From an uncultured Bacteroidales bacterium (GTDB lineage Bacteria > Bacteroidota > Bacteroidia > Bacteroidales > Paludibacteraceae), in assembly GCA_937891905.1 (NCBI GenBank), contig CALATT010000051.1, positions 3,135 to 67,134 on the forward strand: a DNA stretch of 64,000 bases, in the 5' to 3' direction. Shown piece after piece: positions 46,454 to 56,451 of this stretch (positions are counted from its first letter, which is position 1; every line of letters starts with the position of its first letter). The position numbers and the translations under genes are program-made. A model generated the notes under the pieces. It saw only the letters and a list, made by a program, of their open reading frames with translations, made no database searches and had not been told where the DNA came from.

Positions 46454-48559
46454 TTAGATATCCACTTTCGGCTCTTGATTTTCCACTTCTTCTCGCCTGC
46501 GGAGGCTCTCCGCCTCTTGACTTTCCACTTCTTCTCGCCTGCGGAGGCTCTCCGCCTCTTTTTTTCTTGGTGCTCGTTTGCGTTTTGGTTTCTCCTCTTT
46601 CTTCTGCATTTCTGCATTCGCTTCGAGCAATTCATCTCCACGACTTTTCCATGGGCGTGGACCGAGGATGGCCTCTACATCTTCGCTGGTAATCACTTCT
46701 TTTTCGATGAGTAGTTCAGCTATCTGATGATGTCCTTCCGCATAAGTAGTGAGTATATCCTTAGCGCGAACCATCTGTTCGGCGATAATACGCTTTGTCT
46801 CTTCATCGATCAGTTCGGCTGTGCTATCGGAATAAGGTTTGGTAAACCCATACTCATGCCGTCCTGTAGAGTCGTAATAACTAATATCCCTCAGTTTATC
46901 GCTCATACCGTAGTATGCCACCATTGCGTATGCCTGCTTAGTAGCGCGCTCAAGGTCGTTGAGCGCACCTGTAGAGGTCTGCTCTAAGAATAACTGCTCT
47001 GCAGCGCGACCACCCAAGAGCGAACACAACTCGTCTAATATATGTGCCTCATTGGTCAATTGCCGCTCTTCTGGCAAGTACCATGCTGCTCCTAATGCCA
47101 TACCGCGTGGCACAATAGTCACTTTTACTAATGGATTAGCCCAGCGAAGCATCCAACTGATAGTGGCATGGCCTGCCTCGTGATACGCAATAGAGCGCTT
47201 CTCCTCATCGGTCATAATCTTATTCTTGCGCTCCAAACCACCTACTATACGGTCCACTGCATCCATAAAATCTTGCTTACCTACTTGCTTGCGTTCTCCG
47301 CGCGCTGCAATAAGCGCTGCCTCATTACATACATTAGCTATGTCGGCACCAGAAAAACCAGGAGTCTGCTTACTAAGGAAATCTACATCTACCGTCTCAT
47401 CCAATTTGAGAGGACGAAGGTGAACTTGGAAGATCTCTTTTCGCTCTTGCAAATCAGGCAATTCCACATGTATCTGTCTATCGAAGCGCCCTGCGCGCAA
47501 AAGAGCAGAATCAAGCACATCGGCGCGGTTGGTAGCCGCAAGGATGATAACGCCCGAATTAGTACCGAATCCATCCATCTCGGTCAGTAACTGATTGAGT
47601 GTTGACTCTCGCTCGTCATTACCATTGGTCATCATATTCTTACCTCTCGCACGACCTATAGCATCTATCTCATCAATGAAGATAATAGCTGGTGCTTTCT
47701 CTTTGGCTTGGCGGAAAAGGTCGCGCACGCGACTTGCACCAACACCCACGAACATCTCCACGAAGTCCGAACCAGACATTGAGAAGAATGGTACGCCTGC
47801 TTCGCCTGCTACCGCCTTGGCAAGAAGGGTTTTACCTGTACCCGGAGGGCCTACCAACAAAGCGCCCTTGGGTATCTTAGCTCCTATCTCAGTATATTTC
47901 TTGGGACTCTTAAGGAAGGCTACAATCTCCTCCACTTCTTGCTTCGCACCATATAGACCCGCCACATCTTGGAAGGTCACTTTGTCTTTCTTATCTTTAT
48001 CAAACAACTGCGCTTTGGCTTTGCCTACGCCGAAGATACCACCGGGTCCACCGCCTGCACCACTCATGCCGCGACTCATAAAAACAAAGAAAAGGATAAG
48101 CAATACGAAAGGAAGGAAATTCACAAGCACAAGATACCATGTGTCTTTACTTTGCTTATATGTTACATCAATTGCCGCTTGGTTCTTCGCCTTCCGTGCT
48201 TCGTTAACGCCGTCTATGTATTTAGAGAATTCGTCCATAGAAGGCACTTGACTATTAAGCATACCTTTGACGCGCTCGCCATCTCCTTGGCTACCAAAAA
48301 CAAGGGTATATTGCTGTGGTTGTACCTTAGCTTGAGCTTGTAAATCTCCAGAAACCTCTATTTTCTCTACCGCTCCCGCCTCAATATATGAGACCAATTT
48401 GGTATAACTAATTCCCTTGGTAGGTGCTTGACCGAAGAAGAAATACGCCATAACAGCGAAGGCAATAGTATACAATATTATACTCAACCATCTCCGTGGT
48501 TTAGGTGGCTGTGGATTATTCGATTGCTGCTGATTATTCGTTTGTTTGTCTTTTTCCAT
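46454..48559 (-). CDS. ftsH: ATP-dependent zinc metalloprotease FtsH with a repeat-extended C-terminal tail
   Basis: The Walker A motif is GPPGTGKT and the Walker B motif is IIFIDEIDA. The SRH region and the zinc motif HEAGHA are present. The charged tail contains the duplicated [12 protein letters not shown](S/N)Q. Confidence 0.95.
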   Translation of the reverse strand: MEKDKQTNNQQQSNNPQPPKPRRWLSIILYTIAFAVMAYFFFGQAPTKGISYTKLVSYIEAGAVEKIEVSGDLQAQAKVQPQQYTLVFGSQGDGERVKGMLNSQVPSMDEFSKYIDGVNEARKAKNQAAIDVTYKQSKDTWYLVLVNFLPFVLLILFFVFMSRGMSGAGGGPGGIFGVGKAKAQLFDKDKKDKVTFQDVAGLYGAKQEVEEIVAFLKSPKKYTEIGAKIPKGALLVGPPGTGKTLLAKAVAGEAGVPFFSMSGSDFVEMFVGVGASRVRDLFRQAKEKAPAIIFIDEIDAIGRARGKNMMTNGNDERESTLNQLLTEMDGFGTNSGVIILAATNRADVLDSALLRAGRFDRQIHVELPDLQERKEIFQVHLRPLKLDETVDVDFLSKQTPGFSGADIANVCNEAALIAARGERKQVGKQDFMDAVDRIVGGLERKNKIMTDEEKRSIAYHEAGHATISWMLRWANPLVKVTIVPRGMALGAAWYLPEERQLTNEAHILDELCSLLGGRAAEQLFLEQTSTGALNDLERATKQAYAMVAYYGMSDKLRDISYYDSTGRHEYGFTKPYSDSTAELIDEETKRIIAEQMVRAKDILTTYAEGHHQIAELLIEKEVITSEDVEAILGPRPWKSRGDELLEANAEMQKKEEKPKRKRAPRKKEAESLRRREEVESQEAESLRRREEVENQEPKVDI
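46475..46558. repeat. Near-perfect 42-bp tandem duplication inside the ftsH 3' end
   Basis: The units 46475-46516 and 46517-46558 differ at one position (ttgatt versus ttgact). Each contains the palindrome gcggaggctctccgc. Confidence 0.9.
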
Positions 48560-48581
48560 ATAGTAAAATCTGCGGTCTAAA

Positions 48582-48956
48582 TTATAAAATATCCTCGAGC
48601 TCTTTTATCTTGCCATCTGCCCATAAGTGCTCTATGTCATAAAAAGCGCGAGGTTCTCGTTGCATGATATGCACAAATATCGTGCCGTAATCCATTGCCA
48701 CCCATTCTGCATTCTCTTTTCCAGCCACAGATAATGGGTGCACATGTGTGCTCGTACGAACGAAGTCATCCACTTCGTCTGCAATAGCGGCCACTTGCGT
48801 ATTACTTTGTCCCTCGCAGATGATCATCATCTCCACAGGTGCTTCTTTGATTTTCTTTAGGTCGATAGTTACGATGCGTTGTCCTTTACGATTACGGATA
48901 CCTTCGATGATAGTATCCATTAGTTTTTTTGTACTTATTTCTTTCATTTTAGTCAA
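48582..48956 (-). CDS. rsfS: Ribosomal silencing factor RsfS (iojap-like)
   Basis: It is 124 aa long. Characteristic segments are WVAMDYGTIFVHIMQREPRAFYDIEHLW, typical of RsfS. Confidence 0.88.
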   Translation of the reverse strand: MTKMKEISTKKLMDTIIEGIRNRKGQRIVTIDLKKIKEAPVEMMIICEGQSNTQVAAIADEVDDFVRTSTHVHPLSVAGKENAEWVAMDYGTIFVHIMQREPRAFYDIEHLWADGKIKELEDIL

Positions 48957-48982
48957 TATTTATGCTAATTTAATTTTGGGTG

Positions 48983-48990
48983 CAAATTTA
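48983..48990 (-). promoter_or_regulatory. -7 box TAaaTTTG for rsfS-ftsH
   Basis: The plus strand reads caaattta, which is TAAATTTG on the minus strand. It lies ~27 nt upstream of the ATG at 48956. Confidence 0.45.
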
Positions 48991-49480
48991 CAACAAATCT
49001 TGCACATACGCAAGTTTTTGGGTGTTTTTTTGCCAAATAGAATGCAATTCTATGTTTTGTGGACGGAGGTAGGCCGCGTATTATAAAGTAACTTGAGACA
49101 TAAATTGGTATGGTTTTTGTGGTTAATATTTGTGAAAAATCTATCTTTTCAATAGTATAGAAATTCCTTTTCTCCTATATTATTTTCCTCTTTATTTCGA
49201 GACTATAATTGGTGAATAACGCGGCTATATCCCGTGAATATCCCGTGAATCACCCGCGACGATAGAATAAACAATTGCAAAGATGGTACAAATATTGCAG
49301 ATATATAAATTATAGTCCACGATTTTTATGTTTGCATGCTAATTGATCTATTCTACACTACATTTTTTTGCACTTCCATCTTGAACTTAGGATGTACATT
49401 GTAAAACAGTCTAAAATGACCTATAAACCTTAAATTTACATTTTTTATTACTTTTTCTTGCATATTTGCAATATTTGTAG

Positions 49481-49488
49481 TAATTTTG
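49481..49488 (+). promoter_or_regulatory. -7 box TAatTTTG for the metK leader
   Basis: The sequence gtagTAATTTTGcagcc lies ~120 nt upstream of the metK ATG. Confidence 0.5.
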
Positions 49489-49489
49489 C

Positions 49490-49596
49490 AGCCGATTTTG
49501 TATTCGAGGATGGATTTGACTGCTTGCAACCTCGTTAAAAGAATGCTAAAACTTGTGCCGCAAGAACAAACAGTCACTTGTGGCTATTTTTTTTTA
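49490..49596 (+). promoter_or_regulatory. Candidate SAM-responsive riboswitch leader (SAM-II/V-like motifs) with a terminator expression platform
   Basis: The leader runs GCCGAUUUUG...CGAGG-AUGGAUUUGACUGCUUGCAA-CCUCG-UUAAAAGAAUGCUAAAAC and is followed by a terminator. The GAUUU, GCUUGC and (A)AAG..GCUAAAA elements recall the SAM-II consensus as I remember it. It sits directly upstream of metK. Confidence 0.4.
49557..49595 (+). terminator. Intrinsic terminator within the metK 5' leader
   Basis: The stem gccgcaag / cttgtggc is 8 bp with one G-U pair and a 12-nt loop. A T9 tract follows and ends 14 nt before the metK ATG. Confidence 0.6.
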
Positions 49597-49609
49597 ACAC
49601 TATTTTATT

Positions 49610-50863
49610 ATGCACTATTTATTTACATCTGAATCAGTGTCTGAAGGTCACCCAGACAAAGTGAGCGACCAAATATCCGATGCTATCTTAGACAATATGC
49701 TTGCGCAAGACCCACAAGCGCATGTGGCTTGCGAAACACTCTGCACCACAGGACAAGTGATCGTGGCAGGAGAAGTGAGTTGCAAAGGATGGGTAGATAT
49801 TCAGAAAGTGGTTCGCAAAACAATTGCTGAAATTGGTTACACACGCGCCGAATACAAGTTCGAGGCAGAAAGTTGCGGTATCCTCACCGCACTGCACGCT
49901 CAATCACAAGATATCAACATGGGTGTTTGCCGTGAGACTGAAGAGCAACAAGGAGCTGGAGACCAAGGAATGATGTTCGGTTATGCCACTGACGAAACGG
50001 ACAACTACATGCCACTCACACTCGACCTCGCGCACACGCTCGTTTTTACCCTTGCGCGCATACGCAAAGAGGGTGAAGTGATGACATATCTGCGCCCTGA
50101 CAGCAAATCACAAGTAACCATCGAGTACGACGAGGACAACCAACCCGTCCGCATCGATACAATCGTCGTTTCTACCCAGCACGATGAAGGAGTGACCGCA
50201 GAGCAAATAAAGAAAGATATTATCGAGTACTTACTGCCACGCGTAGCCAAACGCGACTCGCGTTATGGTCACCTACTCCATGCTTTCTTGGGTGATAATG
50301 ATGCCAAACTACTGGTGAACCCTACTGGCAACTTCGTCATCGGTGGTCCGCACGGAGATACCGGTTTGACAGGACGCAAGATCATCGTGGACACTTATGG
50401 TGGTCGTGGCGCACATGGTGGTGGCGCTTTTTCTGGAAAAGACCCTTCAAAAGTAGACCGCTCAGCTGCCTACGCAGCACGATGGATAGCCAAACACCTC
50501 GTAGCGGCGGGAGTAGCACGCGAGGCACTCGTACAAGTAAGTTATGCTATTGGAGTGGCAGAACCCGTCTCACTCTATGTAAACACCAATGGAACGGCAA
50601 CTGTGAATATGAGCGACGCAGAGATAGCACAACAAGTAGGACAACTATTCAACCTCACTCCAGCAGCTATTATCAAGGACCTCAAACTTACACAACCCAT
50701 CTACGAAGAAACAGCGAAATATGGACATATGGGACGCACCAACGAAGTGGTTACCAAAACCTTTATTGACGCAGATGGAAACGAATATCAACAACAAGTA
50801 GAATTATTCACATGGGAGAAATTAGATCGAATAGAAGCAGTAAAAACTGCGTTTGGATTGTAA
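49610..50863 (+). CDS. metK: S-adenosylmethionine synthetase
   Basis: Motifs are [57 protein letters not shown] and [19 protein letters not shown]. Confidence 0.95.
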   Translation: MHYLFTSESVSEGHPDKVSDQISDAILDNMLAQDPQAHVACETLCTTGQVIVAGEVSCKGWVDIQKVVRKTIAEIGYTRAEYKFEAESCGILTALHAQSQDINMGVCRETEEQQGAGDQGMMFGYATDETDNYMPLTLDLAHTLVFTLARIRKEGEVMTYLRPDSKSQVTIEYDEDNQPVRIDTIVVSTQHDEGVTAEQIKKDIIEYLLPRVAKRDSRYGHLLHAFLGDNDAKLLVNPTGNFVIGGPHGDTGLTGRKIIVDTYGGRGAHGGGAFSGKDPSKVDRSAAYAARWIAKHLVAAGVAREALVQVSYAIGVAEPVSLYVNTNGTATVNMSDAEIAQQVGQLFNLTPAAIIKDLKLTQPIYEETAKYGHMGRTNEVVTKTFIDADGNEYQQQVELFTWEKLDRIEAVKTAFGL

Positions 50864-51387
50864 TCGGCATCGTACTATCGGCGCTTATCATTGACCAAAC
50901 ACTAAAGTTGTATGTAGCCACGCACTTCGCGTTAGGCGAAAGCAAAGAAATCACTTCGTGGTTTTGGTTTTGCTATGTAGAAAATAACGGCATGGCATTC
51001 GGCATCGAGTGGTTTTCTAAATTAGCACTCACCCTCTTCCGCATCGTGGCTGTGGGTTTATTGGGATGGTACACTCACCTACTCATTCATAAGCATCACG
51101 CACGCAAAGGGTATATTGCTACCATCGCACTCATCATCGCGGGCGCATTAGGAAACATCATCGACTGCGTCTTCTACGGAAAACTTTTCGGCTACGCCAA
51201 CTGGATGTACGGAAGAGGAGTAGATATGTTCTACTTCCCCCTAATTCATAATAGCGCAGGAGAAGTAATTTTCTTCCGACCCGTCTTTAACTTCGCAGAT
51301 ACATGCATCACATGCGCTGTATTCATCATCATCCTTTTTTATGCCAAGGATATGAATAGCAGTTTAGATTCCAAAAAAGAAGCGTGA
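50812..51387 (+). CDS. lspA: Lipoprotein signal peptidase (signal peptidase II)
   Basis: Motifs are [31 protein letters not shown] and VFNFADTCI. There are four TM segments. The ATG overlaps the metK 3' end by 52 nt, and no alternative canonical start lies downstream. Confidence 0.85.
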   Translation: MGEIRSNRSSKNCVWIVIGIVLSALIIDQTLKLYVATHFALGESKEITSWFWFCYVENNGMAFGIEWFSKLALTLFRIVAVGLLGWYTHLLIHKHHARKGYIATIALIIAGALGNIIDCVFYGKLFGYANWMYGRGVDMFYFPLIHNSAGEVIFFRPVFNFADTCITCAVFIIILFYAKDMNSSLDSKKEA

Positions 51388-51911
51388 TAAGAAATAAATA
51401 CATAATACTGCTTCTTGGATTGGTACTACTAATCGGTTGCCGACCTAAAGGGATTATCAGTTCAAGAGAAATGCGTGACATACTCATCGACCTCCATAAA
51501 ACAGATGGACTGCTACAAGTATGCGGATATCAACACGGGTATGATGAAACGAGAAACATCTACTACGCGATGGTATTGGAAAAACATGGCATTACGCAAG
51601 CACAGTTTGATTCATCCTTGGTTTGGTACACCGCCAACCCACAACTATTCGATAAGATTTACCCAAAAGTATTGGCGGCTATTGAAGAAGAGAAGGACCA
51701 ATATTACGCACTACACAAAGCAGAGTTTGGGCCACAAGAATTTAACACCAATGCTGAACAACAATCATCACAACCCGAACTGCCCGCACTCACAGCCGAA
51801 GAAGCAGCATATCAAGTAGATAGCATCCTATGGGTCATAGGCCATGGCTATCCGTCTATCTGGAATCCTTATCCGGTTAAAGATCCCGAACCGCCATTCA
51901 TCCGATTATAA
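51384..51911 (+). CDS. DUF4296-like lipoprotein
   Basis: The lipobox is LLIGC. The N-terminal SSREMRDILIDLHKTDG pattern, and a position immediately after lspA, are usual for this Bacteroidota family. The GTG start overlaps the lspA stop by 4 nt. Confidence 0.55.
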   Translation: MIRNKYIILLLGLVLLIGCRPKGIISSREMRDILIDLHKTDGLLQVCGYQHGYDETRNIYYAMVLEKHGITQAQFDSSLVWYTANPQLFDKIYPKVLAAIEEEKDQYYALHKAEFGPQEFNTNAEQQSSQPELPALTAEEAAYQVDSILWVIGHGYPSIWNPYPVKDPEPPFIRL

Positions 51912-51918
51912 TACACAA

Positions 51919-51948
51919 CGAAGCCCTTTCACGGGCTTCGTTATTTTA
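51919..51948. terminator. Bidirectional hairpin terminator between convergent genes
   Basis: The stem cgaagccc / gggcttcg encloses the loop tttcac and has a T-rich 3' flank. It overlaps the holA stop codon. Confidence 0.6.
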
Positions 51949-53010
51949 ATGCATTATTTTATAAATCAGTTCTTTCCACAAGTCCGCATCTTTGGCAGAA
52001 GGATTATTTATACCCTTCAATCGCGCATCCACCTCGCGCAGATAACCTATAATATAGAATACCTTACCCGCAGGATAATTACGCGCTGCCTCCGTGTAGT
52101 CCTTCACAAAGAATGGATTGATGCCCAACTCACGCGATACAGCTTCCTTGCTCTTATCGGGCATATAATGGTACATCAGCAGATTTGAAAAAAATGTGAA
52201 GAGCGGACTCAATTCGCGTATCATAGGATGGTCCTTACTGCTCGCGAAATAGTTTGTTATCTGCACCGCTTTGGCTATATTCTTCTTAACAAGCGCATTC
52301 TGCAATTCAATGATATTAAAATCCTTAGAAATACCTATATTACGCTCCACTAATTCAGCATTGATAACACGCACTCCTTCAGGACAACCATCTATCAGTT
52401 TGCGCAATGCACCTACAATAGCAGAGAGGTCTGTACCTATATGATCCGCCAGCAAAGGAGCCACGCGTGGGTCTATGGTCAATGCACTCGCTGCTTGTCC
52501 TTCTTGCTTGCGGCGACTCTCCGCCTTAGCATTAAAATCATTGATATACGCACTTATCCACCGTTCCACTTCGTAATCACGCAGTTTATCGCTCTGTAAC
52601 CACACCACTTGCGGATGGTCCGTCAGTTTTTTCCACACTCCTTGACGCTTATCGGGTTTGCCATTATAGCAAATAAGCAAAAGTGTTTGGTCCATCAAGT
52701 TATCCAAATAAGCAACCAATGCTTCCCATTTCTTCACCACTTGTGCCTCGCGCACAATAATCACCTTACGGCCACCCATCATGGAATAACCACGCGCGGC
52801 ACCTATCACCGTCGATATATCTGCGCCTGGTAAGTCACGACCATAGAGCACTTGCTGGTCAAACTCACGAGCCATCTCATCCAATACATTGGTAGAGATG
52901 AATTGGTAGAGTTGGTCAATATAATAAGCCTCCTCGCCACACGCAATATAAATAGGTGCATACTGCCCCGCTTGAAGCGTACGCATTATCTCATCAAACT
53001 TCTTAATCAT
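51946..53010 (-). CDS. holA: DNA polymerase III delta subunit
   Basis: It is 354 aa long. The N-terminal YAPIYIACGEEAYYIDQ pattern and the overall helical C-terminal domains are typical of HolA. Confidence 0.75.
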   Translation of the reverse strand: MIKKFDEIMRTLQAGQYAPIYIACGEEAYYIDQLYQFISTNVLDEMAREFDQQVLYGRDLPGADISTVIGAARGYSMMGGRKVIIVREAQVVKKWEALVAYLDNLMDQTLLLICYNGKPDKRQGVWKKLTDHPQVVWLQSDKLRDYEVERWISAYINDFNAKAESRRKQEGQAASALTIDPRVAPLLADHIGTDLSAIVGALRKLIDGCPEGVRVINAELVERNIGISKDFNIIELQNALVKKNIAKAVQITNYFASSKDHPMIRELSPLFTFFSNLLMYHYMPDKSKEAVSRELGINPFFVKDYTEAARNYPAGKVFYIIGYLREVDARLKGINNPSAKDADLWKELIYKIMH

Positions 53011-54613
53011 TGCTTGGAATGTAAATCATATATTTATACTCACTTCGGTCTATCTCTCTATACCCCTCAGCACGCAGCATATCCTCCAACGCACTCTGCG
53101 TATCCTTATAGGTGGGTTTGGTCTTAAAATGCGGAGCAAAAGTGCAGAATATAATAGGCCGCTCTCGGCGCACATAATCCTGGTACTTCGCCGTATATAC
53201 CTTATCAAAGATATTCGACCAAAATTCATTGTACACCGCCGCTTGGCAACCCGTCACCTCGCGCACCATATGCATGCGTTGTCCAACGGCTACTATGGTT
53301 GCATTACTATCAGCATACTGCTCATAATCAGCCTTCACTTGCTCCAACCACTCTGCTTCTTGGGCTGTGACCTTAATATGCTCGTATGGCGGCACAGAAG
53401 CCCAAGTATCCACCTGACTCAAATCACACTTACCCACACTATTCGTACTAAAACGATTCATAACAGCAAAAGCAAAAACAAACAAAAGAGGTAACAAATA
53501 CGCATATATCTCTTTTTTATGCTCTACCGCTGCGATAGGTAATAAGCACAACACAGCAGGGAATAATTTCATCCAAGCCGTATCCGTACCTAACGGAGCC
53601 ACTACCATGAGCAGCGCACCCCAACCTAATTCTTTCTTCTTAGACATAACAGCCAACACCAAGCATAGCGCAGAAATCATGTATGTCAAATCCATATTAT
53701 ACCACTGGGTTCTCTTAAGTGCAAAAGCAATATAGTGTGCCAACAAAAATCCAACTATCAATCCCACACCATACATTGCCGCATTACACCATGGTGCTTG
53801 TGACCACCGTTTATTCAACTCACGCCCCATAAACACTACTCCTACCCATATTGCTGCCATTCCAAAGAGCAATGCACCCTTCGTCCATAACTGCTCTATC
53901 ATCTTGCTTATCTGATGGCTACCCATCGCCGCATCCATATAGGCAGGTTTCATCACCACCCACGCAACACCATATAGCGCACCCGCACCGATAAGCACAG
54001 CACATAGATACCAGACAATATGACCAAGACGCTTCTTCCACGATTGATCATTAGCCACACACAACGCGCCAAGTATAATAGGCAACACCAAAATATTCGG
54101 GAAACGAACAACTATAGCCATACCCGTCACCACGCCCAATGCTATCAACCATACTCGCTTTTTTGTCCGTTGAAATCGAATTAAGATGCACCATAAAGCA
54201 GACAAACAAAGTACCGTCAGCGTACCTGGACTGAACTCTTGATAGGCTCCATAATTGATTAGCATCAAGGCAATGAAAAGCCATGACAGATTCGCCTTTC
54301 TCTGTTCGCGGTTGAGCAGTATGCAATAAGGCAGTATAATCGCTGCTATGACGCACAACCAAGCTACAAGGCGTAAAGGCATCAAGTGTTCACCCAATAA
54401 CTCCACCAATACATGCCCAATAACTATCGTGCCACTTGCCATCCATCCACCCTCTGCATGCGCATACTTATGCATCCAATAGAGCGGGTCCATTTCATTA
54501 CCCAAACCCTCAAATACATAACGCAGCGAGCATACGAGCGCGAATAAAATCAAAAGCCACCACCCGCAACGGACGAAATATGTTTTATTTTTATCCATTA
54601 TTATAATGCGCAT
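53003..54613 (-). CDS. Polytopic membrane protein with C-terminal soluble domain; putative GT-C-fold glycosyltransferase (ArnT/Gtr-type)
   Basis: About 11-12 hydrophobic helices are followed by a ~130-aa soluble C-terminus. An acidic motif, GNEMDP, lies in the first loop after TM1. Its operon context is the GtrB-like GT2 and small flippase-like proteins. An alternative ATG lies at 54598. Confidence 0.45.
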   Translation of the reverse strand: MRIIIMDKNKTYFVRCGWWLLILFALVCSLRYVFEGLGNEMDPLYWMHKYAHAEGGWMASGTIVIGHVLVELLGEHLMPLRLVAWLCVIAAIILPYCILLNREQRKANLSWLFIALMLINYGAYQEFSPGTLTVLCLSALWCILIRFQRTKKRVWLIALGVVTGMAIVVRFPNILVLPIILGALCVANDQSWKKRLGHIVWYLCAVLIGAGALYGVAWVVMKPAYMDAAMGSHQISKMIEQLWTKGALLFGMAAIWVGVVFMGRELNKRWSQAPWCNAAMYGVGLIVGFLLAHYIAFALKRTQWYNMDLTYMISALCLVLAVMSKKKELGWGALLMVVAPLGTDTAWMKLFPAVLCLLPIAAVEHKKEIYAYLLPLLFVFAFAVMNRFSTNSVGKCDLSQVDTWASVPPYEHIKVTAQEAEWLEQVKADYEQYADSNATIVAVGQRMHMVREVTGCQAAVYNEFWSNIFDKVYTAKYQDYVRRERPIIFCTFAPHFKTKPTYKDTQSALEDMLRAEGYREIDRSEYKYMIYIPSND

Positions 54614-55727
54614 TGATATAATCGCAAATCATATCCACCTCTTCTATCGTGAGGTCATAATACAAAGGCAATCGCACCAAGCAGTCTGCATAACGGTCAC
54701 ATTGCAGCAATGCCCGACCATCATGCTTATCTTGATAATAATCCGAACTATGCAAACTCAAGTAATGGAACACTGCCAAGATACCATTCGCTTTCATCGT
54801 CGCTATCAATGCCGTACGACTTGCCAAATCAGGCAACACCAAATAGAACATATGCGCATTAAGCGAAGCGTATTCAGGAATATGTGGCAAAGTAAAAAAG
54901 CCTTTGCTTGCTAAGGGTTCCAAGCGCTCTTTATAGCGATTCCACAACAACTTACGCTTTTCTTGTATCTCATCAACACTCTCTAACTGTGCCCAAAGGA
55001 ATGCTGCATTCACCTCACTCGGCAAAAACGAACTGCCCATATCCACCCATCCATACTTATTCACTTCACCACGGAAAAACTCTGCTCGGTTGGTACCCTT
55101 CTCCCAAATAATCTCCGCACGATGGATAAACTTCTCGTCATTAATAACCAGCAAACCACCTTCGCCGCCAGCCGTTATATTCTTCGTCTCATGGAAGGAG
55201 AACGCAGCAAGGTGACCAATACCACCGAGCGGTTGCCCCTTATAATACGAGTCAATAGCCTGCGCCGCATCCTCTACCACTATAAGGTTATGCTTTTTCG
55301 CTACCTCCATAATAGCATCCATATCGCATGCCACACCAGCATAATGCACAGGTACAATCACACGCGTACGAGGAGTAATAAGCGACTCCAAACTATCCGC
55401 ATCTAAGTTCGGGTTACAACCCATCGAGTCTGCAAAAACAATCTTCGCGCCCTCGCGCAAGAAAGCCAATGCCGTAGAAACAAAGGTATAACTTGGTACA
55501 ATAACCTCGTCGCCTGGCTGCAATCCACAAAGCATGGCGCACATCTCTAAAGCGTCCGTACCGCTCGTGGTGAGTAGCGTCTTCTTAAATCCATAACGGG
55601 ATTCAAACCACTGCTGGCAACGCTTAGTGAACTTACCATTACCTGACAACTTACCCTCATGAACCGCCTCGTACATGTAGTGCGTCTCTTTGCCTGTCAA
55701 ATGAGGTTTATTAAATGGAATCTGCAT
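54591..55727 (-). CDS. dTDP-4-amino-4,6-dideoxyhexose (Fuc4N/Qui4N-type) transaminase, DegT/WecE family
   Basis: It closely parallels E. coli WecE. Matching segments are IPFNKPHLTGKE, GKFTKRCQQWFE, PSYTFVSTA, the PLP-Lys motif FSFHETKNITAGGEGG, EKGTNRAEFFRGEVNKYGW and NAHMFYL. Confidence 0.85.
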   Translation of the reverse strand: MQIPFNKPHLTGKETHYMYEAVHEGKLSGNGKFTKRCQQWFESRYGFKKTLLTTSGTDALEMCAMLCGLQPGDEVIVPSYTFVSTALAFLREGAKIVFADSMGCNPNLDADSLESLITPRTRVIVPVHYAGVACDMDAIMEVAKKHNLIVVEDAAQAIDSYYKGQPLGGIGHLAAFSFHETKNITAGGEGGLLVINDEKFIHRAEIIWEKGTNRAEFFRGEVNKYGWVDMGSSFLPSEVNAAFLWAQLESVDEIQEKRKLLWNRYKERLEPLASKGFFTLPHIPEYASLNAHMFYLVLPDLASRTALIATMKANGILAVFHYLSLHSSDYYQDKHDGRALLQCDRYADCLVRLPLYYDLTIEEVDMICDYINAHYNNG

Positions 55728-55742
55728 AGTGATTGATTGTAT

Positions 55743-56108
55743 TTATAAGAGCGATACATCCCACCATCCTCCCGGATGGCAAAAGAACAGCACCGCGCCT
55801 ATCATAATGATAATTATTGCTATTATTTTTCGTTTCGTTATCTTCTCGCCAAAACACATCCATGCCGCGATAGGTATCAGCAAGTAATTAATACACTCGA
55901 TAATACTTACCTCTTGAGCCAACACCCCCATATAAATAGCCAATAGATTGATTACCAAACTGACCACCATCAGTCCATAACCACCTATCACCCATATATT
56001 CACATACTCACGCCACCAAGAAGCATGGCGCTTCTTAGCACTCTTCTTGAGCATCATTTGACTCACCACGCCCAAAACGGCACTTACTATAACCAGTATA
56101 TATCCCAT
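55743..56108 (-). CDS. Small 4-TM membrane protein, SMR/EamA-half (ArnE/ArnF- or GtrA-role flippase subunit candidate)
   Basis: It is 121 aa long with four hydrophobic helices. It is paired with a second small 4-TM gene, as arnE/arnF are. Confidence 0.55.
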   Translation of the reverse strand: MGYILVIVSAVLGVVSQMMLKKSAKKRHASWWREYVNIWVIGGYGLMVVSLVINLLAIYMGVLAQEVSIIECINYLLIPIAAWMCFGEKITKRKIIAIIIIMIGAVLFFCHPGGWWDVSLL

Positions 56109-56109
56109 C

Positions 56110-56451
56110 TTATTCGTTCGATTTAGCGTACAATGCGATACCTCCCATAATAATCCCGGTAGCCAGTAGTTTCATCGGCGTAATGGGTTCGTCATAGCAG
56201 ATAGCCAACAAGACCATAATGAAAAACAAACTCAAGCCCTTGAACATATACGCCACACCCAACTCTATACGCTTGAGTATCTGCTGCCACGCAATAGCAT
56301 AAACACCCAATGTGGCCACCAAGAGCACAAAACCCACACACCACTCCATGGTGAGTGGTTGCTGCAAACCCGTGTACTTCATAATCACCGATATACCTGC
56401 ATAGAAGAGGTACACGAGCACTAAGGATATATATTGCACTGTCTTATTCAT
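56110..56451 (-). CDS. Small 4-TM membrane protein, SMR/EamA-half (second flippase subunit candidate)
   Basis: The start MNKTVQYISLVLVYLF at 56451 forms an ATGA overlap with the upstream stop. The longer ORF-track start at 56565 would overlap the acetyltransferase by 118 nt. Confidence 0.55.
   Translation of the reverse strand: MNKTVQYISLVLVYLFYAGISVIMKYTGLQQPLTMEWCVGFVLLVATLGVYAIAWQQILKRIELGVAYMFKGLSLFFIMVLLAICYDEPITPMKLLATGIIMGGIALYAKSNE

Noticed and set aside
46330-46714. ORFs 46330-46641 (minus strand) and 46439-46714 (plus strand), whose repeated peptide sequence hinted at a small repeat protein.
   Set aside because: They are alternative-frame readings of the 42-bp duplication inside the ftsH tail and the ftsH/M16 junction. 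FtsH is unambiguous in its own frame.
49353-49577. A 74-aa minus-strand ORF in the metK upstream region.
   Set aside because: It overlaps the metK promoter, leader and terminator hairpin on the opposite strand and has no recognisable features. The RNA-element interpretation explains the sequence better.
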